Assembly (NCBI GenBank): GCA_043827025.1
Contig: JBDRPL010000029.1
Location: forward strand, 1-47,372
Direction of reading: 5' to 3'
Source: Candidatus Micrarchaeota archaeon
GTDB taxonomy: Archaea > Micrarchaeota > Micrarchaeia > Anstonellales > Bilamarchaeaceae
DNA length: 47,372 nt
Positions 28,974 to 38,036 of this stretch are shown here, piece by piece. The position numbers and the translations under genes are program-made. The notes below the pieces were generated by a model. It was not told where the DNA came from. It did no database searches and saw only the letters and a list, made by a program, of their open reading frames with translations. How positions within the stretch are numbered: the stretch's first letter is position 1; each line of letters opens with the position of its first letter.

Positions 28974-30062
28974 CTAGTCCCCAAACTCGATTATTTGTAC
29001 TCGATTATTATGGCTGTCTGCGACATATAACTTCCCTTCGTGAATCTTGACATCGTAAGGGTGGAAAAATGTCCCTGGAGAATTGCCCTGTTCCGCCTCC
29101 CCTTCCTTCTCCCATCCTTTTGTGACAGTTCCATCTTTCGTTCCTCCGAACCATCCGATGAACTTGCCGTCTTTGGAAAAGAGCTGGATTCTTGGGTTGC
29201 CATATTCTGATACTACAAAATTGCCATTCGCATCAAAGTCCATAGAAGTAGGCGCATTGAAGCTCCCTGGTAAAGAAGATGGCGACGGAGTCCCTTGGGT
29301 TTCCCAGCCATTGGTAATTGTTCCATCATCATCTTTTGCACCAATCCAACCAAGGAATTCGCCTGATTTTGAGATTTTCAGTATCCTGTGATGCCAAGTA
29401 TCGACTACATAAAGATTGCCACCAGGACCTTCGCGCACAACATGGGGCCTATCAAAAGATAGCCCCGAAGGTTCAAACCATCCAAGGAAATTGCCATTTT
29501 TTGAAAATCTCGCAATCCTATTTGAACCGTAATCAGAAACATAGAGTATTTCACGTGCAAAATCGAAATAAGCAGTGGCAGGCGCTGAAAGCACATCGCT
29601 TCCGAAAGCAGAAAGGAATTCTCCGTCCGCAGAGTATTTTTGTATCTCCTTGCCCTCATAATTACAGATATAAAGATTTCCGCTAGAGTCAAAATCCACT
29701 GAATGTGGTTTGTTCAATCTTCCTGAAATTTCTCCAGCAGGCGCCAGAGTTACAACCCCATATTTCAGCATCTTGTGGGAATCGAAATCGCACACATACA
29801 TTCTTTCATTCGCATCGAAATTCATGCAGAAAGGCCTTCCACTGAAGCCGTCTATGGTGGTTATGCTGACTTTTGTTCCATTTGTAATCTTGGCTGGAAA
29901 TTTAGTTGAATTGCTGTTATTTTTCATTTGGACCACGCCATCTTGATTCAGGTAAATATTAACGGGAACGTTGGCTGCATCTTCTGAAGCAGGCTTGCCA
30001 ATGCACCCTAAAAACAGGAATAGGCAAAACAAAATAGGCAAGCAGTTCTTAAACATACTCAT
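28974..30062 (-). CDS. Exported/lipoprotein-like NHL-repeat beta-propeller protein
   Basis: Hydrophobic N-terminus ending LFLGC; repeated P..V.FD..GNLYV.D..N.RI.KF units. Confidence 0.82.
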   Translation of the reverse strand: MSMFKNCLPILFCLFLFLGCIGKPASEDAANVPVNIYLNQDGVVQMKNNSNSTKFPAKITNGTKVSITTIDGFSGRPFCMNFDANERMYVCDFDSHKMLKYGVVTLAPAGEISGRLNKPHSVDFDSSGNLYICNYEGKEIQKYSADGEFLSAFGSDVLSAPATAYFDFAREILYVSDYGSNRIARFSKNGNFLGWFEPSGLSFDRPHVVREGPGGNLYVVDTWHHRILKISKSGEFLGWIGAKDDDGTITNGWETQGTPSPSSLPGSFNAPTSMDFDANGNFVVSEYGNPRIQLFSKDGKFIGWFGGTKDGTVTKGWEKEGEAEQGNSPGTFFHPYDVKIHEGKLYVADSHNNRVQIIEFGD

Positions 30063-30084
30063 GTTACTCCAAGAGTATCAAAAT

Positions 30085-30092
30085 TTTATAAA
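30085..30092. promoter_or_regulatory. Palindromic TATA box TTTATAAA in a 63-bp divergent spacer
   Basis: About 23 bp from the minus-strand ATG 30062 and about 34 bp from the plus-strand ATG 30126. Confidence 0.55.
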
Positions 30093-30125
30093 CCTTGTGT
30101 ATAAAAAAAGAGTGATGATGAAGCT

Positions 30126-30755
30126 ATGACCACAGCAATTATAGATTATGGCATGGGGAATGCCCAGTCAGTCATAAATGCAATAGAATCCATCAACCAC
30201 AGGGCAATCCTTACTAATAGAATGGAGGAAATCCAAAATGCAGATCGCATAATACTGCCCGGAGTGGGCGCGTTTCCAAAGGCAATGGACAACCTGAAAA
30301 GGCTTGGCCTATTGAAAATACTGAAAGAAGAGGTAAGGGAAAAGAAAAAGCCGTTCCTGGGAATCTGCCTTGGAATGCAGCTTCTTGCTAAGAAAGGTTA
30401 TGAAGTAGCTCCCACAGCAGGGTTGGGATGGATAGATGCTGAAGTCAAAAGATTTGAATTCACTGACAAAAAATTCAAGATACCGCATATGGGTTGGGAC
30501 GACGTGACATGCAACACGAAATCCAACATGTTTATGGGTGCAAGCGAAAAACAAACATTCTACTTTGTCCATAGCTATTATGTTGATTGCAATGACAAGA
30601 AAATAGTTGTAGGCGAATGTGACTACGGCATAAAATTCACAGCAGCAATTGAACAGGAAAACATCTTCGGGGCACAGTTCCATCCTGAAAAAAGCCAGAA
30701 GGACGGTCTTGACCTGCTGAAGAGGTTCGTCGAATACGATGCACAAAGAAAATGA
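30126..30755 (+). CDS. HisH-like glutamine amidotransferase (WbuY/AglY-type)
   Basis: DYGMGN, LPGVGAF, GICLGMQ, YFVHSY and QFHPEKS motifs. Confidence 0.9.
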   Translation: MTTAIIDYGMGNAQSVINAIESINHRAILTNRMEEIQNADRIILPGVGAFPKAMDNLKRLGLLKILKEEVREKKKPFLGICLGMQLLAKKGYEVAPTAGLGWIDAEVKRFEFTDKKFKIPHMGWDDVTCNTKSNMFMGASEKQTFYFVHSYYVDCNDKKIVVGECDYGIKFTAAIEQENIFGAQFHPEKSQKDGLDLLKRFVEYDAQRK

Positions 30756-30769
30756 AATATGGTGAAAAC

Positions 30770-31561
30770 ATGCTGAAGAACAGACTCATACCGTGCCTTT
30801 TCCTGAAGAACGGCTTGATAGTAAGGAGCGAAAAGTTCGAATACCACCAGTACCTTGGCAATCCGATTCATCAGGTTGAAAGATATAATTCATGGTGCGT
30901 AGATGAGCTCATTTACATAGATATAAGCCCTGAAGAGAAATATGATCTCAGGCGAGACGACATGAAAGTAAAGAATGTCCCTAACCTTCTTGATATAATC
31001 ACCGAAGTATCAAAGAAATGCTTCATGCCCTTGACTTTCGGCGGAAGGATAAGGACCATAGAGGACATAAGGGAAAGGACCAAGCGCGGAGCAGACAAGG
31101 TGACAATCAACACCATGGCTCTCGAGAGCCCAAGCTTCATAACAAAAAGCTCTGAGATATTCGGAAGTCAATGTATAGTTGTTTCTATAGATGTGAAGAA
31201 AGGGGATGACGGTTCCTATGAGGTCTACAGCCATGGGGGCAAAAAGGCCACTGGCAAGGGTCCGGTGGAATGGGCAATGAAAGTCGAGGATCTCGGAGCG
31301 GGTGAGGTATTCCTCAATTCAATTGATAGGGATGGTATAGGAGAAGGCTATGACACGGATTTGGTAAGAAGTGTTGCCGAAGTAATCTCAATACCGTTGA
31401 TAGCCTGCGGAGGAGCAGGCGATTACGAAGATTTTGTCACTGTAATAAACGAAGGAAAGGCAGATGCAGCTGCAGCTGGCAACATCTTCAACTTCAAAGA
31501 ACATAGCACCATGCTTGCAAAAAAACACATGCATAATCGTGGAATGAATGTAAGGATCTGA
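30770..31561 (+). CDS. HisF-like cyclase subunit (WbuZ/AglZ-type)
   Basis: RLIPCL, CFMPLTFGG.I, GADKV and NSIDRDG motifs; GGTGA SD before ATG 30770. Confidence 0.9.
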   Translation: MLKNRLIPCLFLKNGLIVRSEKFEYHQYLGNPIHQVERYNSWCVDELIYIDISPEEKYDLRRDDMKVKNVPNLLDIITEVSKKCFMPLTFGGRIRTIEDIRERTKRGADKVTINTMALESPSFITKSSEIFGSQCIVVSIDVKKGDDGSYEVYSHGGKKATGKGPVEWAMKVEDLGAGEVFLNSIDRDGIGEGYDTDLVRSVAEVISIPLIACGGAGDYEDFVTVINEGKADAAAAGNIFNFKEHSTMLAKKHMHNRGMNVRI

Positions 31562-31574
31562 AAACAGAAAGAAG

Positions 31575-33494
31575 TCAGTCCATGAAGGTGATTACCTGTA
31601 TCCTATGGTTATGAGTATCAGCTACATATAATTTATTGCCTATGAGTTTCGCGTCATATGGTCGGTCAAACGCACCTGGTTCTGTCCCTACTCTGGATTT
31701 TACATTATCTGTTTCCCAGCCTTTTGTTACTGTACCGTCCTCTTTCCCGCCAAACCACCCAATGAACTTTCCATCTATTGAAAACAACTGGACTCTTGGA
31801 TTGCCATATTCTGTAGTGATGAAATGCCCTTTACCATCAAAATATATTGAGGTAACTGCATCAAATCCGCCTGTAGAATTTGTCAGAATGGCCTTTCCGT
31901 CCTTTGCCCATCCGTTGGTAAGGGTGCCGTCATCTTTCATTCCCAGCCATCCTATGAAGCCACCATCCTTGCTGAATTTTTGTATCTTATGGTTCCAGGT
32001 ATCAGCAACATACATGTTTCCCTCTGAATCAAAATCAACCATGTGGACCTTGTTGAAACCGTCAAAAAGATCCGATTTGATAGAATCCCCTTCTTTTTCC
32101 CATCCTTTTGTGGCCGTGCCGTCGGTTTTGACGCCCATCCATCCAAGGTATTTTCCATCTGTTGTAAATTTTACCAGGCGGTCGCCGCCATAGTCAGCAA
32201 CATACAAATTTCCATCTGGTCCTAGCCTTGTTGATGATGGGCCTTTTAGCATGCCTTCGCCCAGGATGGCTATGAACTTGCCATCTGCTGAGAATTTCTG
32301 TAGTCTTTTGTTATTATAATCAGTTATATACATATCTCCTTTTTCATCCAGGATGACTCCGTGTGCTAAATCAAACATTCCTGGCTCGGTTCCATTGGTT
32401 GCATTGCCAACCATTGTCCAGCCATCTGTTTTTCCTTCACCCTGCTTGGCGCCTATCCATCCCATGAATTGAAGGTCCTTGCTGAACTTTAGGATGTTAT
32501 GTGATTCCATGCCTCCTATGTAAAGAGTTCCATCCTTGTCAACAGTGAATCCCATTGGCTTGATGAATTCCCCCTTTAGGATTGTGATGTTGTTTGCTTG
32601 TTTGTAGAGATTTGTATCTGCAGAGGCATCAACCTTGTAGGTTGAGGAAGTAAATACTATGTCCTTATGGTCAATGTCTTTTATTAGAAACGTTCCATTG
32701 TAATTTATGTTAAGATAATCCTTGTTTGAAACCATTTGAATCAAAAGTTCTCCTCCTTCTGGAACTATGGTAAGTTTAAAGGTTCTTGGAACCATTGCTG
32801 TGAATGAACTGGTCATTCCTTTGGCTGACCTGTTGTCAAAGGAAATGTCCAGAGGAACAGTTGTGTTGATCATGAAACGCATTAGGAGTGGATCTGGGAT
32901 GTAAGAATAGGTTAGTCCATTCAGCTTGGACATGTTCCTGAAGACCAAAACCCTCTCAGCCCCAGTAGGATCCTCGTTTTTTTCAACAAAATGAAATGCA
33001 ATGATCTCCGAATCCTTAACATTCATTGGAACATAGCCTGCCACTAACTCTTGAGGTTGAGTCTTTCTAGGGTCAAAAAATTTCAAAATAGGTTCCTCAA
33101 AAGTGCCAAAAACATTCCAATTATCGTGGATATATGGGTAGTCATAGGCCTCTTCTGATAGCAGGATTGTTGGGACTGAATCTATATCATAAAAAGATAT
33201 GAACAAAAAAGCACCGGGATCATTAATATCAAAGGAAGTGTATCCAGATATGTTTAGCCTAAACGGTTCTTGGATGAAAGCCAATTCGTGAAGCATTGGA
33301 TCATAGCAGCCATCACAATAACGATCATAAATCAAAATCGAAAAAACAGGTTTCAAAATTGGCTGTAGAATCTCATTGGTAGAAACAAGTACTGAATCAT
33401 CTATTTTCTCATCGATTTTCCCTGCACTTCCTGAAAAGTACCAGGCAGAAAAGAACATCAGCATGAAAAACAAAATAACATATCGCAATTTCAT
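31575..33494 (-). CDS. Membrane-anchored/exported protein: thioredoxin-like CxxC domain + NHL-repeat beta-propeller
   Basis: N-terminal hydrophobic segment, CDGC...VPT motif, and C-terminal NHL repeats paralogous to 28974-30062. Confidence 0.8.
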   Translation of the reverse strand: MKLRYVILFFMLMFFSAWYFSGSAGKIDEKIDDSVLVSTNEILQPILKPVFSILIYDRYCDGCYDPMLHELAFIQEPFRLNISGYTSFDINDPGAFLFISFYDIDSVPTILLSEEAYDYPYIHDNWNVFGTFEEPILKFFDPRKTQPQELVAGYVPMNVKDSEIIAFHFVEKNEDPTGAERVLVFRNMSKLNGLTYSYIPDPLLMRFMINTTVPLDISFDNRSAKGMTSSFTAMVPRTFKLTIVPEGGELLIQMVSNKDYLNINYNGTFLIKDIDHKDIVFTSSTYKVDASADTNLYKQANNITILKGEFIKPMGFTVDKDGTLYIGGMESHNILKFSKDLQFMGWIGAKQGEGKTDGWTMVGNATNGTEPGMFDLAHGVILDEKGDMYITDYNNKRLQKFSADGKFIAILGEGMLKGPSSTRLGPDGNLYVADYGGDRLVKFTTDGKYLGWMGVKTDGTATKGWEKEGDSIKSDLFDGFNKVHMVDFDSEGNMYVADTWNHKIQKFSKDGGFIGWLGMKDDGTLTNGWAKDGKAILTNSTGGFDAVTSIYFDGKGHFITTEYGNPRVQLFSIDGKFIGWFGGKEDGTVTKGWETDNVKSRVGTEPGAFDRPYDAKLIGNKLYVADTHNHRIQVITFMD

Positions 33495-33556
33495 TTAAAA
33501 CACACGTCAAATAGTATAAAACATTTAAATAACGTTTCTAAACCTAACAAAAAAGG

Positions 33557-34294
33557 TCACTTCCTGGTCTCCTTCCATTTAACGTTTTCATTCATCTTCT
33601 GCAATTCAGGATGAACGTTCAATATCCTTAGAATCTCTGAAAAATTAAAATCATGCGAAATCGCCTTTTTCCCAAGCAGCGAATAGATTTTCTTCACCAA
33701 AAGATAGTCTTCCTCAAAATCGACAGTCCACCGCATCTTGGAAAGGTCTGCCTTGTTTCGAAGGTTCCCAATCCTGAAAAGTCCTGGATTTTTCCTCATG
33801 TATGGGGTCACATGCTCCCTTTCAGCAGAAAGTTTCGCCTCCTTCCATGCCTTTTCAAGAGCAGCAAATGAGAAAACCTCTGCATCAAGGCCATGCGGAT
33901 AGCTTGGTGGTTTGTTGTTTGAAACATAATCGTAGTTGCCACCGAGGAAAAGGTTGACAAGCTCGTCAAGCACATCCGGGTCAACAAGCGGGCAGTCGGA
34001 AGTCACACGCACGATCACATCCGCGTTGTTCTGCCTTGCAGCATTGTAATACCTGTCAAGGACATCATCCATGCTTCCGCGAAATAAGAAGAGGCGGTTG
34101 TCTTTACAGAACCTCTCCACCTGGTCATCTTCATGATTTGTCGTGGTTGCAATAACTATGGAACTTATTTTTTTTGACCTTTTCACCCTTTCTATTACAT
34201 GCCAGAGTATTGGCCTTCCTGCGATTTCCTTCATTATCTTGCCAGGAAGACGCGTAGATCCCATGCGGGCCTGGATTATGCATACAATCTTCAT
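33557..34294 (-). CDS. spsF: SpsF-type cytidylyltransferase (PseF-equivalent CMP-sugar synthetase)
   Basis: IQARMGSTRLPGK, GS.DDVLDRY, RVTSDCP, REHVT and RWTVD motifs. Confidence 0.87.
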   Translation of the reverse strand: MKIVCIIQARMGSTRLPGKIMKEIAGRPILWHVIERVKRSKKISSIVIATTTNHEDDQVERFCKDNRLFLFRGSMDDVLDRYYNAARQNNADVIVRVTSDCPLVDPDVLDELVNLFLGGNYDYVSNNKPPSYPHGLDAEVFSFAALEKAWKEAKLSAEREHVTPYMRKNPGLFRIGNLRNKADLSKMRWTVDFEEDYLLVKKIYSLLGKKAISHDFNFSEILRILNVHPELQKMNENVKWKETRK

Positions 34295-34303
34295 AAAACA
34301 ACC

Positions 34304-34972
34304 TCAGTATTTTCGTATGGGGAGTTCACCGTATTTTTCACGCAATTGCGCCATTGCCTTGTCAATGAAATCCTTATTTGCAGTGATACTTGAGCCTGAA
34401 CGATAGTATGTAAACAATGGTTTAGATATATGCATGCCCTTATACTTTTTCATGACCCGCATTAAAAGGTCATATTCTGCAAACACCATACTTTTGTCAT
34501 AGAAACCTACTTCATCAAGAACAAATCTGCGATACATTATGCCTATTGCGACAGTATTGAATATATTGTCGCCAGTGCGCACAAGCTTTCTCTTGTTGGT
34601 GGTGGCATCGCACTCATAATAATCCGAATATACAAATCCAGCATTTGAGTTTTTTTCCATTACAGAATGCATCTGAGCCAGGATGTCTTTGTCGAATTCA
34701 TCGTCAGCATCAAGTTTTATTATGTATTTTCCATTTGCATTATGAAATCCTGTGATTGCAGCCTCCAGAAAGCCCTTGTTTCTCTGAGAAATTGTCCGGA
34801 TACGGCCGCCATATGTTTCTAGAATCTTACCCGTACGGTCCGTTGAACCATCATTGACTACAACCAGCTCATAATTGTCCGATTTGAAGGATTGATTAAG
34901 TACGCTATCAATTGCACGCTTGAGGGTTTTTTCACCGTTGTAGACGGGAATAATTACACTGATTTCAACCAC
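34304..34972 (-). CDS. GT2 glycosyltransferase
   Basis: SVIIPVYN, NDGSTD and LDADD motifs. Confidence 0.9.
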   Translation of the reverse strand: MVEISVIIPVYNGEKTLKRAIDSVLNQSFKSDNYELVVVNDGSTDRTGKILETYGGRIRTISQRNKGFLEAAITGFHNANGKYIIKLDADDEFDKDILAQMHSVMEKNSNAGFVYSDYYECDATTNKRKLVRTGDNIFNTVAIGIMYRRFVLDEVGFYDKSMVFAEYDLLMRVMKKYKGMHISKPLFTYYRSGSSITANKDFIDKAMAQLREKYGELPIRKY

Positions 34973-34983
34973 TAGTCTTCACC

Positions 34984-35418
34984 TCAAGATCCTAAGTCAA
35001 GCTCATATTGCTGGTAAACCGCAACAAATTTATTCTTCTCGAAAATCTTCTGCGATGCCACATTATCCGGCTTGATCCTTGCGATTAATTTTTTTATGCC
35101 TATTTTTCGAGCTTCTGCGATTATGGCACTTATAGCCTCGGTACCCATGCCCTTTTTCTGTTTTGAAGGATTGATGAATATGCCGACATCATAACCATCC
35201 TCCATTTTTTCAAGTTTGGCAAACCCAACCTCTTGCCCACCTGAAGAAATAATAAAAGAATAAAAATATGGATCAGCAAGCTTTTTCTGCCAGTAGGCAA
35301 CATGATTTTCAAGTTTAAGTTCGCTAGAGTCAAACATTCTTGAACGTATAAGTGGGTGGTTCCTCCACTCAAAGATCATCCTTATGTCTTCAGCAACAAC
35401 CCTTCTCAAAGAAATCAT
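34984..35418 (-). CDS. pseH: GNAT acetyltransferase, PseH-like
   Basis: WRN.P.IR, Q.KGMG and N.AS...FEK..F motifs; located within a pse-like operon. Confidence 0.75.
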   Translation of the reverse strand: MISLRRVVAEDIRMIFEWRNHPLIRSRMFDSSELKLENHVAYWQKKLADPYFYSFIISSGGQEVGFAKLEKMEDGYDVGIFINPSKQKKGMGTEAISAIIAEARKIGIKKLIARIKPDNVASQKIFEKNKFVAVYQQYELDLGS

Positions 35419-36494
35419 TCAACATCAGCCTCATGCACTCCCTCTCCTTCAGCAATGTCATGCTTGGCCTTTTTGCCGATTATAAACGCGAATCTTTCTG
35501 GTTCTGCTCCTGGCTTAACCTTTCCGCTCCTGAGCAGTGCAACATTTTCATGGGTGATTGACTCTCCCTTCTTTATTGACATGAGCGAGTGGACACGATG
35601 CCTTGCAAATGCATGCAACTCCTTTTCCCCTTCCAAAACAACTTTCTCTCCGCTTCCAAGGGCCTTCTCTGTTTCATGTATTGCATTAACCATCTGCTTC
35701 AGTTCATCGCAAAGCACTGCGAACTTATGGTCAGGTCCGTCAAGGTTGTTGTCACTGGTGTAATGCTTTTCTATTATAGATGCTCCGCAGGCAACTGCAG
35801 CTACAGGACCAATTATTGGATTTCTTGAATGGTCTGAAAAGCCAACAGGAACGCCGAACATCTGCTTCATCTTCGGAATTGCCATAAGGTTAAGAGTATC
35901 CATAGGCGCAGGATATTTAGCAGTACACTGCATCAAAGCGATTTGATTATTGCCTGCAGCCTGTATGGCTTTTATCGCCTTTTTGACATCCTCAAGGTCA
36001 GAAGCCCCGGTTGATAATATTATTGGCTTACCCTTCTTTGCTATGTGCGAAAGAAATGGCGTGTTTGAAACTGAATAGGAAGCAATCTTATAAACAGCCA
36101 TGTCCACCTTTGCAAGCTCGTCTGCCGATTGTTCATCAAAAGGAGTTGCAGTAAAAAGTATTCCTTTCTTATCGCAATAATTCTTAAGCTTTGGAATCCA
36201 TTCATAGGGAACTTCCATCTCCTCAATTATGTCATATATGGATTTCGGATTCTTCAGATAGTCAGCAAATCCTGCATTTTTAGGATACATTTTCTTTGCC
36301 CGATATATCTGGAATTTAACTGCATCCGCCCTTGCTTCAACAGCTGCATCTATGAGCTTGAGCGCATGCTCATAATTCTTCTGCATGTCACTGCAATATT
36401 TCCAGTTGGCTCCTGCTTCTGCAATTACAAAGCATGGCTCGCCATCGCCAACAAGGCGCTTCCCGATTTTTATTTTGTTAGCTGGAGTACTCAT
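35415..36494 (-). CDS. pseI: Nonulosonate synthase (PseI/SpsE family) with SAF domain
   Basis: AEAGAN, KFQ, TPFD, KIASY, SDHS and EKHYT...GPDH motifs. Confidence 0.82.
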   Translation of the reverse strand: MSTPANKIKIGKRLVGDGEPCFVIAEAGANWKYCSDMQKNYEHALKLIDAAVEARADAVKFQIYRAKKMYPKNAGFADYLKNPKSIYDIIEEMEVPYEWIPKLKNYCDKKGILFTATPFDEQSADELAKVDMAVYKIASYSVSNTPFLSHIAKKGKPIILSTGASDLEDVKKAIKAIQAAGNNQIALMQCTAKYPAPMDTLNLMAIPKMKQMFGVPVGFSDHSRNPIIGPVAAVACGASIIEKHYTSDNNLDGPDHKFAVLCDELKQMVNAIHETEKALGSGEKVVLEGEKELHAFARHRVHSLMSIKKGESITHENVALLRSGKVKPGAEPERFAFIIGKKAKHDIAEGEGVHEADVE

Positions 36495-36510
36495 TTGAAT
36501 CCCTCGATTT

Positions 36511-37641
36511 TTACTTTGATATTTCCTTCATTGTTTCTTTTATAGCATAAACTACCTGGTCCACATCCTCATTGGTCATGTCCTGATATAATGGAATCGT
36601 AAGTATTCTTGAAGAAATGTCCTCTGTGATAGGAAAATCCTTCGGATTGATTTTGAATCTTTGGTAGTAGGTAAATTTATAGATCGGAATATAATGGACA
36701 TTCACGCCAATACCTTTTTTGCGCATTGATGCAAAGAACTCATCGCGGTTTATCTTCTTGTCTAAAAGAATAGTATAAAGATGCCACACGTGCCTCAGGT
36801 TCTTTTCAACATGAGGAACTGTAATGCCCTGAATGCCTGAAAGCAACAAATTGTATTTTTCAACAATCTTTTGCCTTTTTTCGATGAATGATTCGAGCTT
36901 TGCAAGCTGTGTAATTCCAAGCGCACATTGGAAATCAGTTATTCTATAATTCCTACCAAGAACCTTCATGTCATACGCATAACCAGCTCTTTCACTCGGA
37001 GTTTTATCAATGCCATGGTTACGGAGTAATTTCAATTTAGCATACAACCCTTCATTTTCAGTTGTTACTGCCCCCCCTTCACCCGTAGTAAGGTGTTTCA
37101 CAGGATGGAAGCTAAAAATAGTCATATCAACAAGCGAACCCACCTTTTTACCTTTGTATTGGGCGCCGATTGCATGAGATGCATCTTCTATCAAATAAAG
37201 ATTGTGCTCCTTTGCGATCTTTTTTAACTCGTCAATGTCACACGGCTGGCCGGCATAGTCTACAAAAATAATTGCCTTTGTCTTCTTTGTGATTTTTTTT
37301 CGGATCTGTTCCGGAATTATGTTGTATGTCTTTGGATTAATGTCTGCGAAAACTGGGATGCAACCATTGTATAGTGCACAATTGGCATCTGCAACGAAAG
37401 TAAATGGAGTTGTTATTATCTCACTCCCCGGCTCGAGTTCCAAGGCACCAACTGCAATGTCAAGAGCGCTTGTCCCTGAGTTGACTGCAACTGCATACTT
37501 TGCCCCAACGTATTTCGCCAACGCTTTCTCAAATTCGTCGACCTTTGGACCTGTAGTGAGCCAGTCTCCTTTCAGGACTTCGGCAACTGCATCCACGTCT
37601 TTGCTGTCAATTGACTGATGGCCATATGGAATGAATTTCAT
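36511..37641 (-). CDS. pseC: UDP-4-keto-6-deoxy-HexNAc aminotransferase (PseC)
   Basis: IPYGHQSI, LTTGP, EDASHAIG, SFHPVKHLTTGEGG and NYRITDFQCALG motifs. Confidence 0.9.
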   Translation of the reverse strand: MKFIPYGHQSIDSKDVDAVAEVLKGDWLTTGPKVDEFEKALAKYVGAKYAVAVNSGTSALDIAVGALELEPGSEIITTPFTFVADANCALYNGCIPVFADINPKTYNIIPEQIRKKITKKTKAIIFVDYAGQPCDIDELKKIAKEHNLYLIEDASHAIGAQYKGKKVGSLVDMTIFSFHPVKHLTTGEGGAVTTENEGLYAKLKLLRNHGIDKTPSERAGYAYDMKVLGRNYRITDFQCALGITQLAKLESFIEKRQKIVEKYNLLLSGIQGITVPHVEKNLRHVWHLYTILLDKKINRDEFFASMRKKGIGVNVHYIPIYKFTYYQRFKINPKDFPITEDISSRILTIPLYQDMTNEDVDQVVYAIKETMKEISK

Positions 37642-38036
37642 AGCTTCACCTTGAACTCATAGCTGATTGCATCATTTAAATCATAATTATTCGAAAAAAT
37701 GATTATGGTTGTTGGTTCTTTAGTGTTGTTCTTGACAGCATGGGCAACACCTGACGGAATAATCACCAACTCCAATTCCACCCCATCGGATTTGATTGTT
37801 TTCCTTGCACATTCCTTAGTTACAACATCCTCAAGTATAACTTCAGTCTCACCGCAAACAGGAGCAATCACCTCAACCTTCTCATTATGGTAATGCTTTG
37901 CCCTTGACTTTCCAGGCTCTATCGAGACCAGGTAGCTGTGCCTGCATTCAAAATCCTTGTAATGCTCTGAAAAAAGCTCCACAAGACAACCATCATCTCG
38001 AGAATGCTTCTTTCTCTTTAGAATCTTCACATCCAC
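37638..38036 (-). CDS. Sugar-modifying cupin (WxcM/FdtA/CapF-like isomerase or epimerase)
   Basis: DDG.L.E, PGKSRAKHYH..K.E and IPSGVAHAVKN motifs. Confidence 0.72.
   Translation of the reverse strand: MDVKILKRKKHSRDDGCLVELFSEHYKDFECRHSYLVSIEPGKSRAKHYHNEKVEVIAPVCGETEVILEDVVTKECARKTIKSDGVELELVIIPSGVAHAVKNNTKEPTTIIIFSNNYDLNDAISYEFKVKL

Noticed and set aside
10058..31561. HisC-, HisH- and HisF-like sequences as histidine biosynthesis genes
   Set aside because: No other his genes are present. HisH/HisF accompany a WbuX-type amidotransferase, and the HisC-like domain is fused to a sugar cytidylyltransferase.
28974..32600. DNA-level repeats as a CRISPR array or mobile-element ends
   Set aside because: The similarity is explained by NHL protein repeats and paralogy; there are no regularly spaced identical repeats.
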